DNA of 64,000 nucleotides from Nitrospirota bacterium (GTDB taxonomy: Bacteria > Nitrospirota > Thermodesulfovibrionia > Thermodesulfovibrionales > Dissulfurispiraceae): positions 96,001 through 160,000 of the forward strand of contig CAVPZX010000005.1 in the NCBI GenBank assembly GCA_963710375.1, given 5' to 3'. Made by a program: the position numbers and the translations under genes. Below are positions 40,603-51,226 of this stretch, in pieces. The stretch's first letter is position 1. Each line of letters begins with the position of its first letter. The notes below the pieces were generated by a model. The model was not told where the DNA came from. It worked only from the letters and a program-made list of their open reading frames with translations, and did not search any database.

Positions 40603-40771
40603 AAACGTGAAACGTGAATAGTGAATGGTGAAAAATAAATAGTAAAAGCGAACAAAAAGTGTTAGAGACTCATTGTTTTTTTATTTTACTTTTCATTTAT
40701 TGCTTTATTTTTACGTCTCACTGTTTGTTCTTGTTTTTTTCTATTCACCCTTCACCTTTCACCATTCACCT
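40603..40771. repeat. Fold-back element of GTGAANN heptamers
   Basis: gtgaaac-gtgaata-gtgaatg-gtgaaaa ... attcacc-cttcacc-tttcacc-attcacc. Confidence 0.75.
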
Positions 40772-40895
40772 TTTGCAGTGCCCCAGCCGATCCCTTCCAT
40801 ATGTGTGTTTTATTGAATTTGGTCTCCTGAAATGCTAATATAAACATTCGGCAGTTTTTTTAAATAAAACAGGTAATTAGTGAAAACAACGGGAA

Positions 40896-43165
<2,270 letters not shown>

Positions 43166-43167
43166 GT

Positions 43168-44397
43168 ATGGCGAGGAGAGATGATATTGCTGTAGGTATT
43201 AAAGATATACTCGGCAAGCTTACAATCGAAGATCTTCAGATAAAGGGGAAAAGGGTTTTCATCCGGGCGGATTTTAATGTGCCCCTTGATGACAATCTGG
43301 TTATTACTGATGACAGCAGAATACGCTCAACGCTTGCCACTATTAATTATGCTATTGATGAGGGGGCCAAGGTCATTCTTGCATCTCATCTGGGCAGGCC
43401 AAGGGGGAAGGTCGAGCCCCGTTTCAGCCTTGCACCTGTTGTTAAACGGCTGCACCGGCTATTGAATAAGGAAGTCGTGTTTGTTCCCGATTGCTTTGGC
43501 CCTCAGGCTGAAAATGCTGTATCGAAGATGAAAGAGGGGGATGTCATTCTCCTCGAGAACCTCCGGTTCCACCCTGAAGAAGAGAAAAATGATGAGGCCT
43601 TTGCAAAAAGCCTGGCGGGTCTTGCGGATTTTTTCGTAAACGATGCATTTGGCACTGCTCACCGCTCTCATGCTTCTACTGTGGGAATTACTAAGTTCCT
43701 CCCTTCCGCAGCCGGCTTCCTCATGAAAAAAGAGATTGAATACCTTAAAGGGGTAGTGGAGAACCCCGTGAGGCCGTTTGTTGCGATCTTGGGCGGAGCA
43801 AAGGTTTCGGGGAAGATAGGAGTGCTCGAAAATCTCGTCAGCAAGGTTGACAAGGTCATAGTCGGCGGCGGCATGGCCTATACTTTTATGGGGGCGATGG
43901 AATACGAGATCGGCGACTCACTTGTTGAGCCGGAGATGTTTGATCTCGCTAGAAGCATCATGGTAAATCTGAAGCACAATAATATTAAATTTTATCTGCC
44001 TGTTGACAGCGTAATTGCACAGACTATAGAGGCCGGCGCTGAAACTAAAATTGTCCCCACCCAGGAAATACCCAAAGGATGGCGCGCTCTCGACATCGGC
44101 CCGGCATCGGTGAAGCTTTTTTCAGAGGCGCTTCAGAATGCCAAGACTATCATCTGGAACGGCCCGATGGGGGTTTTCGAGATTGACGCGTTTTCGAGGG
44201 GAACATTTGCAATTGCCCATGCGGTAACTGATGCCTATGCGTTGACTATTGTCGGCGGCGGAGATACGGACTATGCTGTACATAAGGCTGGTGTCAGTGA
44301 TTCTATTACCTTTATTTCAACGGGCGGCGGGGCTTCTCTGCAGCTGCTGGAAGGCAAAAACCTCCCCGGCATATCGGCGTTGACCGATAAAAAATAA
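43168..44397 (+). CDS. pgk: Phosphoglycerate kinase
   Basis: RADFNVP, SHLGRP, LENLRF, GGAKVSGK, STGGGASL. Confidence 0.98.
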   Translation: MARRDDIAVGIKDILGKLTIEDLQIKGKRVFIRADFNVPLDDNLVITDDSRIRSTLATINYAIDEGAKVILASHLGRPRGKVEPRFSLAPVVKRLHRLLNKEVVFVPDCFGPQAENAVSKMKEGDVILLENLRFHPEEEKNDEAFAKSLAGLADFFVNDAFGTAHRSHASTVGITKFLPSAAGFLMKKEIEYLKGVVENPVRPFVAILGGAKVSGKIGVLENLVSKVDKVIVGGGMAYTFMGAMEYEIGDSLVEPEMFDLARSIMVNLKHNNIKFYLPVDSVIAQTIEAGAETKIVPTQEIPKGWRALDIGPASVKLFSEALQNAKTIIWNGPMGVFEIDAFSRGTFAIAHAVTDAYALTIVGGGDTDYAVHKAGVSDSITFISTGGGASLQLLEGKNLPGISALTDKK

Positions 44398-44398
44398 G

Positions 44399-44444
44399 CC
44401 GGGCACTCAAGCCGCTATGAAAGCATTTTGAGTGCCCGGGGTTT
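44399..44444. terminator. Hairpin between convergent pgk and speD
   Basis: ccgggcactcaa/ttgagtgcccgg inverted repeat, T-run on + strand. Confidence 0.65.
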
Positions 44445-44848
44445 TAAGCCAGCTGGAGTTCAATATCACATACCTTATGAGGAAACTTCTTGTTGGTGTG
44501 TGATAATATGCCCCGCTTCAATTCAACAATAGAAGGGTTTTTACTTTTAAAACGGCTGATCAGGTAATTTGCTGCGACTTCAGGCCTGATAATATCCCCG
44601 CACGTGAAGATATCTACTGCAGCATATGCATATTCGGGCCAGGTATGTATGGAAAGATGTGATTCGGCTATCACCACCATACCGCTGATGCCGAATGGAT
44701 TAAACTCGTGGAAGGATACATCGATGATAGTTGCTTTCGCCTCCTTAGCAGCAGATACTAAGGCATTTTTGACCTTGCGCAGATCCTTCAGGATATCAGG
44801 ATCACAGTCTCTCAATTCCACCAAAAGATGGGTACCTAAAGCATTCAA
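44444..44848 (-). CDS. speD: S-adenosylmethionine decarboxylase proenzyme
   Basis: LGTHLL, IAESHLSIHTWPE (pyruvoyl cleavage site), DIFTCG; TTG start after GGGGAGAGG. Confidence 0.95.
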   Translation of the reverse strand: MNALGTHLLVELRDCDPDILKDLRKVKNALVSAAKEAKATIIDVSFHEFNPFGISGMVVIAESHLSIHTWPEYAYAAVDIFTCGDIIRPEVAANYLISRFKSKNPSIVELKRGILSHTNKKFPHKVCDIELQLA

Positions 44849-45079
44849 TCCTCTCCCCCTTTGATTTAGAATCGAGGAAGCAAACCGCTCCTCAAGCTAT
44901 AAATCATACATGAAAATTTCCATTCTTGTCAATGAATATAAGTACACTTTGTTAGCTGCCCCAGTCCTCGTATTGAGATCAATTTGTAATATAATATACA
45001 AATAACTGGAAGTTGTCTATAAAAAAATGTAATTAGCGCTCGCGGCTGCGAACATACGAATGGAAAATGGAATTCGAAG

Positions 45080-45155
45080 TGGTGGGCAGTGAGAGAATCG
45101 AACTCCCGACACGGGGCTTTTCAGGCCCCTGCTCTACCGACTGAGCTAACTGCCC
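45080..45155 (-). tRNA. tRNA-Phe(GAA)
   Basis: GGGCAGT/ACTGCCC acceptor stem, anticodon arm GGGGC-CTGAAAA-GCCCC, TTCGATT T-loop, encoded CCA; 76 nt. Confidence 0.97.
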
Positions 45156-45317
45156 ATAATCCTAAACATTAAACTTTTATACTTCCAAAAGTCAAGAATT
45201 CAGAGGCCCGGGATGAAATTGATATTGTCTGGTTTGTTATAATAGCGCAATATTGCCGGGCATGATGGGTGGCTGGACGGGCGCCGGTAATGAATATGAA
45301 ACTGAAGGGGCCAATTA

Positions 45318-46157
45318 ATGCATTTCGGTCGATATCTTAAAATACTTCTGAAGAGCTTCGTTGATTTTTTTAAAGATGGCGGGCTTATGCTTGCCGGAGC
45401 AATGTCATATTTTTTCATGATGGCCATTATTCCTTTTTGCCTTTTTCTTGTTGCGCTCTTCGGACATTTTATAGGAGAAAATGAGGCATTCCTCAAATTT
45501 TTCTCGGCTAAACTGACTGGCCTCTTCCCTAGCATCACATATAAGATAACAGAGGAATTAAAGAAATTAATATCGTACCGCGGCCTTGGGACATTCACAT
45601 TAATGCTATACGGTCTGCTGTCATTACAGCTTTTTTCTTCGCTGCAAACAGCGGTCAATACTGTCTTCAAGATACGGGTCGGCAGGCCTTTTCATGTTTC
45701 GCTGGTGCGCTCTTTGCTCATTGTTACTCTCATCTTCATTGTAGTCATCATGTCGTTTGGCGCAACATCTGCCATTTCGATCCTTAAGGCACTGAGGGAA
45801 ATTTTCCCGGATCTGAGGGTAGGCAAGATAACGGGTTTCTTCATAGGCTATCTTGTCCCGTTTATGCTCACCTTTCTGGTCCTTGCCATTATGTACGTGT
45901 TTCTTCCGCTCACGAAGGTACGACTCCGCCATGCGCTTGCAGGCTCAATGTTTACTACTATCTTGCATGAAGCGGCAAAACACATCTTTACTTTTTATGT
46001 GATGAAGGTGACGCACTTAGGAACTATTTACGGCCCCCTTTCAGCCTTTGTAATATTTTTATTGTGGGTATTTTATTCATCGTGTATTTTTCTCATCGGC
46101 GCCGAGTTGGTGCACAACCTTCAGGGATCGGTAAAAGTGTTTCGGGGTCGCGAATAA
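45318..46157 (+). CDS. YihY/BrkB family membrane protein
   Basis: LAGAMSYFF, YGPLSAFVIFLLWVFYSS..GAE. Confidence 0.92.
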   Translation: MHFGRYLKILLKSFVDFFKDGGLMLAGAMSYFFMMAIIPFCLFLVALFGHFIGENEAFLKFFSAKLTGLFPSITYKITEELKKLISYRGLGTFTLMLYGLLSLQLFSSLQTAVNTVFKIRVGRPFHVSLVRSLLIVTLIFIVVIMSFGATSAISILKALREIFPDLRVGKITGFFIGYLVPFMLTFLVLAIMYVFLPLTKVRLRHALAGSMFTTILHEAAKHIFTFYVMKVTHLGTIYGPLSAFVIFLLWVFYSSCIFLIGAELVHNLQGSVKVFRGRE

Positions 46158-46319
46158 ATTTATACGAGGAGCAGGCAGGCCACAGTGCTTCGTCTCATTC
46201 TCGCAAGGCGTCCAGCCTTGCTCCGAGGCTATGACAGCCTGTGTCACCATCCTTGGTGTCACTTAGGCTGTCAAAGTCCGCTCAGCACCATGTCCTGCCT
46301 GCTCCTCGTATAAATTTAT
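46154..46319. mobile_element. 166-bp MITE/REP-like element
   Basis: 26-bp perfect inverted ends ATAAATTTATACGAGGAGCAGGCAGG; internal hairpin tgacagcct..atccttgg..aggctgtca. Confidence 0.75.
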
Positions 46320-46400
46320 GAGTACAATGGGTATGTGTGCCGGATGTCATAATGTTATACTGTCTGGTAAGAGAATTAAGGTTTTAGGAGGGGTTGTAGA

Positions 46401-46715
46401 ATGAAAAATAATTTAGGGGCAGTGGTTGTCGTATTCGCAGTCGCATTGCTATTAGGCTTGCATGGAATGCGTGCCGCGTCATATGCAGGATCCGGGTTGT
46501 CCGGAAAAGTAGCAGAAACCATGAACAGCGGGGGCTACACATACGTCCTCCTTGAAAAGGACGGTGATAAGATATGGATTGCAGTTCCCCAAATGAAAGT
46601 CACCAAAGGACAGGCCATGTCTTTTAAGCCGGGCGCCGAAATGGAAAACTTTAAGAGCAAAACGCTTAATCGCACCTTTAAGAGGATTGTCTTTTCAGAA
46701 GGGCCGGCCTACTGA
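46401..46715 (+). CDS. Exported hypothetical protein (OB-fold-like)
   Basis: Signal peptide; GKVAETMNSGGYTYV..WIAVP..FKSKTLNRTF..F motif. Confidence 0.75.
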   Translation: MKNNLGAVVVVFAVALLLGLHGMRAASYAGSGLSGKVAETMNSGGYTYVLLEKDGDKIWIAVPQMKVTKGQAMSFKPGAEMENFKSKTLNRTFKRIVFSEGPAY

Positions 46716-46744
46716 CAGGAGCTGCTTCAGTAGTTCCTGTCAGT
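46711..46744. terminator. Hairpin between convergent genes
   Basis: actgacagga(g/a)ct/agttcctgtcagt inverted repeat. Confidence 0.65.
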
Positions 46745-46758
46745 CGATCAATGTTATT

Positions 46759-47553
46759 TCAGGGGTTCGGCAGGCGGATTACATACTGATACGGCGGCGT
46801 CATGTTTGCTATTAATGCCGGGTTCAGTTCTTTGATCGCGCGGATCGTCGTATTACACATTTCGGCGATTGCCCTCAGGCTGATTGACTTGTCTGTTATT
46901 ACTTCACTGTATACCGGAGCGTCTTCCGTCATATCTTCATACGGAGCGAGCCCATAACTTTCAGGATCCTGGGCAACAGTAGCAGCAGCCATAAACTTTG
47001 CCAGGTAGTGGTTAACCATGCCCGGAAAGCGCACCTCCTTATGCTTATTGAGCAGGTGCTTGATTTTCCCGTCCCCTGCATTGTATGCAGCGAGTGCAAC
47101 ATCCCAGTCGCCGAACATTTCATACAAATCCCTGAGATAATTAGCTGCTGCATAAGTAGACTTTACAGGGTCTTTCCGCTCGTCCACATAACGGTCTATT
47201 CTGAGACCGTACCTTTTTGCCGTCCCCTTTACCAGTTGCCAGAGACCGACAGCACCACCCCGGCCCACAGAAAGAGGAGAAAACCCGCTTTCGATCAGAG
47301 GTAAATAAGCCAGATCGAGGGGCATATCTTTGTCAATAAAAATCCTGGTTGTCACATCAATGTACTTCTGAGATTCACTGAGCTTCTTTTCGAACGCCTC
47401 GGGTATTTTCTCCGTAAAAAATTGCAGCGCTCTTTCGTACATCTTACCGGTGACGGCATTCTCTTTGATTGAATCCAGTTCTTCCCCTGCAAAAACATGA
47501 GCAGGCAATGACATAAATAACAGCAGCGATATGAAAATAAACAACTGTCTCAT
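46759..47553 (-). CDS. Lytic transglycosylase (MltD-like SLT domain plus LysM-like tail)
   Basis: LPLIESGF, AVGLWQ, DERKDP, AAYNAG; IKELNP tail. Confidence 0.9.
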   Translation of the reverse strand: MRQLFIFISLLLFMSLPAHVFAGEELDSIKENAVTGKMYERALQFFTEKIPEAFEKKLSESQKYIDVTTRIFIDKDMPLDLAYLPLIESGFSPLSVGRGGAVGLWQLVKGTAKRYGLRIDRYVDERKDPVKSTYAAANYLRDLYEMFGDWDVALAAYNAGDGKIKHLLNKHKEVRFPGMVNHYLAKFMAAATVAQDPESYGLAPYEDMTEDAPVYSEVITDKSISLRAIAEMCNTTIRAIKELNPALIANMTPPYQYVIRLPNP

Positions 47554-47690
47554 TGTTTAACACCTCTGATCGAGTGATTTGGTTGAGAAGAAGAAAAGAG
47601 TTAAGACAAAATGTTATGTCAGTTTAGTTATTAAAAGTATAGCATGGGCCGGCAAATTGTCAAGCTTCTCCCCTGCGGTTCCAAATATAA

Positions 47691-48668
47691 TTAACAGCAG
47701 GGACCCCCGAATTCAACCATTGCCTCACTGTAAACTTCATCCATACAGTGGGTGTATTTAGGCGAGAAATGTATGAGTTTAAGGCTGCCTGCCTGTGCTT
47801 CGCGCGCAATCCGGCCTGCCAATGCAGCGGTGAGGTGATTACGCTCAAGCGCGCGGTCCCTGTCCCTTTCAAGAAAGTATGCCTCGCAGAAAAGCTGGTC
47901 GGAGCCGCTGACAAATCTCACCACCCTCTCTATATTTTCATCGGCCGGCGCGATGTCCGTTACATATGATACCTTCTGTCCCCTGGTAATGTGAGCAATC
48001 GGCATCAGTTCAGCCATACTGTATTGTGTGCCCGACACCTCGAAAACCGTAGTATCGGGAGACCCTGCCCTGATCGCTTTTTTGAAGGAAGAAAGCCAGG
48101 CCCCTACAGGCAGGCCGCGCGCGTTCAGTGCAGCCTTGTCGATGTTTATGTGGAACGCCTCTTCAAGGGCATAGGCCATAACCGGTATATCATGGCAAAG
48201 CTCTATCCCTTTTATGGTAAAAAGCGGGTCTTTCATGACAGTGCCGTTAAATTCCCTTTCAGGATTATCTTCCCTCTGAAAGGAACGCGCAGCATGAAAA
48301 CTCGCGTGCGACATGAAGGGGCCCTTTACTTCAAACACCTCTATTTCCAACGGGTAATTTGTTATCAGGTTCCATGTGTATCCTTTGAGCTTTCCCTCAA
48401 CACAATCTATAATGTTGGCGGGGCCGAATATTTTGAGCGGTACATCCCTCCTTAGAACAGCCCTCAGCAGCGTATCGAAGCCTATAAAATGATCTATGTG
48501 AGTATGGGAGACAAACACATCGGTGATCTTGAGGAGACTACCCGGACCGAGCGCGCCGATGTCGCCGGCATCGAAAAGCATGGCCCGGTTCTCTCTGATT
48601 ATTCTAATGTAAACGCAGGGGTCTTCAAACGGACCGTTGACAGCACTGGCATGAAAACTTGACTTCAT
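47691..48668 (-). CDS. RNase Z-like metallo-beta-lactamase
   Basis: NGPFEDP, SHTHIDHFIGFD, YVTD, HLTA, HFSPKY. Confidence 0.85.
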   Translation of the reverse strand: MKSSFHASAVNGPFEDPCVYIRIIRENRAMLFDAGDIGALGPGSLLKITDVFVSHTHIDHFIGFDTLLRAVLRRDVPLKIFGPANIIDCVEGKLKGYTWNLITNYPLEIEVFEVKGPFMSHASFHAARSFQREDNPEREFNGTVMKDPLFTIKGIELCHDIPVMAYALEEAFHINIDKAALNARGLPVGAWLSSFKKAIRAGSPDTTVFEVSGTQYSMAELMPIAHITRGQKVSYVTDIAPADENIERVVRFVSGSDQLFCEAYFLERDRDRALERNHLTAALAGRIAREAQAGSLKLIHFSPKYTHCMDEVYSEAMVEFGGPCC

Positions 48669-48696
48669 AGTGCTATAATTATAACACTAAAAAAAC

Positions 48697-48736
48697 CAGG
48701 TTAAGGTTGAGGTAAAGGAGCCTTAACCTTTACCTG
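48697..48736. repeat. Short AGGTT(A/G) fold-back element
   Basis: caggttaaggttgaggtaaagg-ag-ccttaacctttacctg. Confidence 0.65.
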
Positions 48737-48755
48737 TTTTTCAAGAGGAGGACAT

Positions 48756-49755
48756 ATGCCTGAACTAAGAAAAGACCCCATTTCCGGCAGATGGGTCATC
48801 ATATCGATAGAACGAGGGAAAAGACCTTCGGACTTTATATCCCCATCTCAAAAAAGGAGGGCTGGGGGATTCTGTCCGTTTTGTCCCGGCAACGAACATA
48901 CAACAACACCTGAGATCATATCATTCAGGCCTGCAAGCACCTCTCCCAATTCGCCGGGATGGACGCTCAGGGTTGTGCCCAACAAGTTCCCGGCATTGCA
49001 GATACACGGTGAACTGACTAAAAAAGGGGAAGGAGTCTTTGACCAGATGAACGGCATAGGGGCGCATGAAGTCATTATCGAGACGGCTGACCACCAACTT
49101 TCCCTTGCCACCATGCCGCTCAGAGCAGTTGAAGATGTGCTCTGGGCATACTCCTTCAGACTTATAGACCTGAGTAAAGACATGAGGCTCAAGTATGTCC
49201 TGATTTTTAAAAACGAAGGGGAAGTTGCAGGGTCCTCACTGGAACACACCCATAGCCAGTCTGATAGCCCTTCCGATTGTGCCCAAAAGCGTCAAAGAAG
49301 AAATAGAGTCGTCAAAAAAATATTATGACAACAAGGAGCGCTGCATTTTCTGCGATATAATTAACCAGGAATTAAGCGCCGACAAGCGGGTGATTTACGA
49401 GAACGACAAGTATGTCTCGTTGTCTCCTTTTGCCCCGCGGGAGCCTTTTGAGACATGGATATTGCCTAAGAAGCATGAGTCGAATTTTTCTCCACCTGAC
49501 AAGAGCTTTTCCAGTCTCTCGGAAATCCTTCAGAGGACGCTGAAACAGCTCGACAGAGTTCTTGATACCCCCCCTTACAATTTTATTATTCACACATCCC
49601 CATTCAAAGAGGAAATCAACGATTACTACCACTGGCATATCGAGATTGTCCCCAAGCTCACCAAGACTGCAGGTTTTGAGTGGGGATCAGGCTTTTATAT
49701 AAACCCCACACCGCCTGAAGAAGCGACCAAATATATGAAAGAAGCAAAACTATGA
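48756..49755 (+). pseudogene. galT: Galactose-1-phosphate uridylyltransferase family (GalT), split by a +1 frameshift near 49260
   Basis: MPELRKDP, CPFCPGNE, VPNKFPAL and SLEHTHSQ in one frame; LIALPIVP..CIFCD..HWHIEI..GFEWGSG in the next; one extra base in cag-t-ctg. Confidence 0.85.
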
Positions 49756-51206
49756 GAATCGCCATCGTGACTTCTGAGGCAGTCCCTTTTTCCAAAACAG
49801 GGGGACTCGCCGATGTGGCAGGAACGCTTTTCAAAGAGTACCTTGCCATGAAGCACGATGCTCTGCTGTTCGTACCCTTCTATAAGAGTACTGCCGAAAA
49901 GTTCAGCGGTATGATCAAGGACAGCGGCATTGAAATTGACATCGCGATGGGTAACGCGATTAGGACATGCAAAATATTTACGGGTATCATGAGCGCTCCA
50001 ACTCCGAACATTTTCTTTATCGGCAATGAAGATTTCTTCTTCAGGGATGAACTATACGGAACGACTGCCGGCGATTACCCCGATAATGACCAGCGGTTTG
50101 TCTTCTTTTCAAAAAGTGTTCTGGAAATATGCAAAAAGCTGGAGTTGCAAATAGATATTATGCACTGCAACGACTGGCAGACAGGGCTCATTCCTCTCTA
50201 CATGAAGACCTTATACAGGCAGGTCCCCAATTTAAAAAAGACCGCCTCTGTTTTTACCATCCACAATCTCGGCTATCAGGGACTGTTCCCGGCCCATACA
50301 CTCGAAATTACCGGCTTGGACGCCTCGCTATTCAATCCGGAAGGTATCGAATTTTTCGGCAAGATAAATTTCCTTAAGGCTGGAATTATAGGGGCGGACC
50401 AAATAACAACTGTCAGCAAAACCTATGCAGAGGAAATACGTTCTCATGAATACGGTTTTGGGTTGGAGGGGATACTCACAAAAAGAAGCGCCGCTATCAG
50501 CGGGATACTTAACGGGATCGATTATACTCAATGGGACCCTTCAACCGATACATTCATTACCAAAAAATACGACCGTTCAGACCTGTCAGGCAAACAGGCC
50601 TGCAAGAAACGGTTAGTCACGGAAGCCTCATTAAAAAGCAAAGCGCCGGGCCCGCTCATGTGCTTTATCGGGAGGCTCTCATCCCAGAAGGGGGTTGATC
50701 TGCTGGCAGATGCTATTCCATATATTCAGAGCCAGGGAGCAAACATGATAGTTATCGGTAGAGGGGATGGCAGTTATCAGGCTATGTTGAAGGCAGCGAG
50801 CAAAGGTTTCAGTGATAGTTTTTTCTTCTATCGCGAATTTAATGAGCCTTTTGCCCATCTTGCCTATGCCGGCTCCGATGTATTTTTAATGCCCTCAAGG
50901 TACGAACCGTGCGGGCTTGGGCAAATGATAGCTATGCGTTACGGTACCCTTCCAGTGGCGCGCAAAACAGGGGGTCTCTCTGATACCATAGAGGATGACA
51001 AGACAGGCTTTCTTTTCGAAGAATACAGCGTGCCGGCATTCATTAATGCAGTAAGGCGGGCGGTAAAGGCCTTTGATGATAAAAAGGCCTGGCGGAAAAT
51101 GATGGGCAATGCCATGAAAAAGGATTTCTCGTGGGGGAAATCGGTCCAGGCATATATTGCAATTTATCAAAACGCTTTAAAAATGGATGCTTTGCTGCAT
51201 GCCTGA
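49752..51206 (+). CDS. glgA: Glycogen synthase
   Basis: KTGGLADV, HCNDWQT, TIHNLGYQG, PSRYEPCGL. Confidence 0.97.
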   Translation: MRIAIVTSEAVPFSKTGGLADVAGTLFKEYLAMKHDALLFVPFYKSTAEKFSGMIKDSGIEIDIAMGNAIRTCKIFTGIMSAPTPNIFFIGNEDFFFRDELYGTTAGDYPDNDQRFVFFSKSVLEICKKLELQIDIMHCNDWQTGLIPLYMKTLYRQVPNLKKTASVFTIHNLGYQGLFPAHTLEITGLDASLFNPEGIEFFGKINFLKAGIIGADQITTVSKTYAEEIRSHEYGFGLEGILTKRSAAISGILNGIDYTQWDPSTDTFITKKYDRSDLSGKQACKKRLVTEASLKSKAPGPLMCFIGRLSSQKGVDLLADAIPYIQSQGANMIVIGRGDGSYQAMLKAASKGFSDSFFFYREFNEPFAHLAYAGSDVFLMPSRYEPCGLGQMIAMRYGTLPVARKTGGLSDTIEDDKTGFLFEEYSVPAFINAVRRAVKAFDDKKAWRKMMGNAMKKDFSWGKSVQAYIAIYQNALKMDALLHA

Positions 51207-51226
51207 CAAACGTTAACGAGAGCATA

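Noticed and set aside
44860..45079. Integrative element at the tRNA-Phe 3' end
   Set aside because: No integrase and no duplicated tRNA 3' end was noticed in the window.
49225..49328. Programmed ribosomal frameshift in galT
   Set aside because: No slippery sequence or stimulatory structure was seen, and I know of no precedent in this family; a simple insertion explains it.
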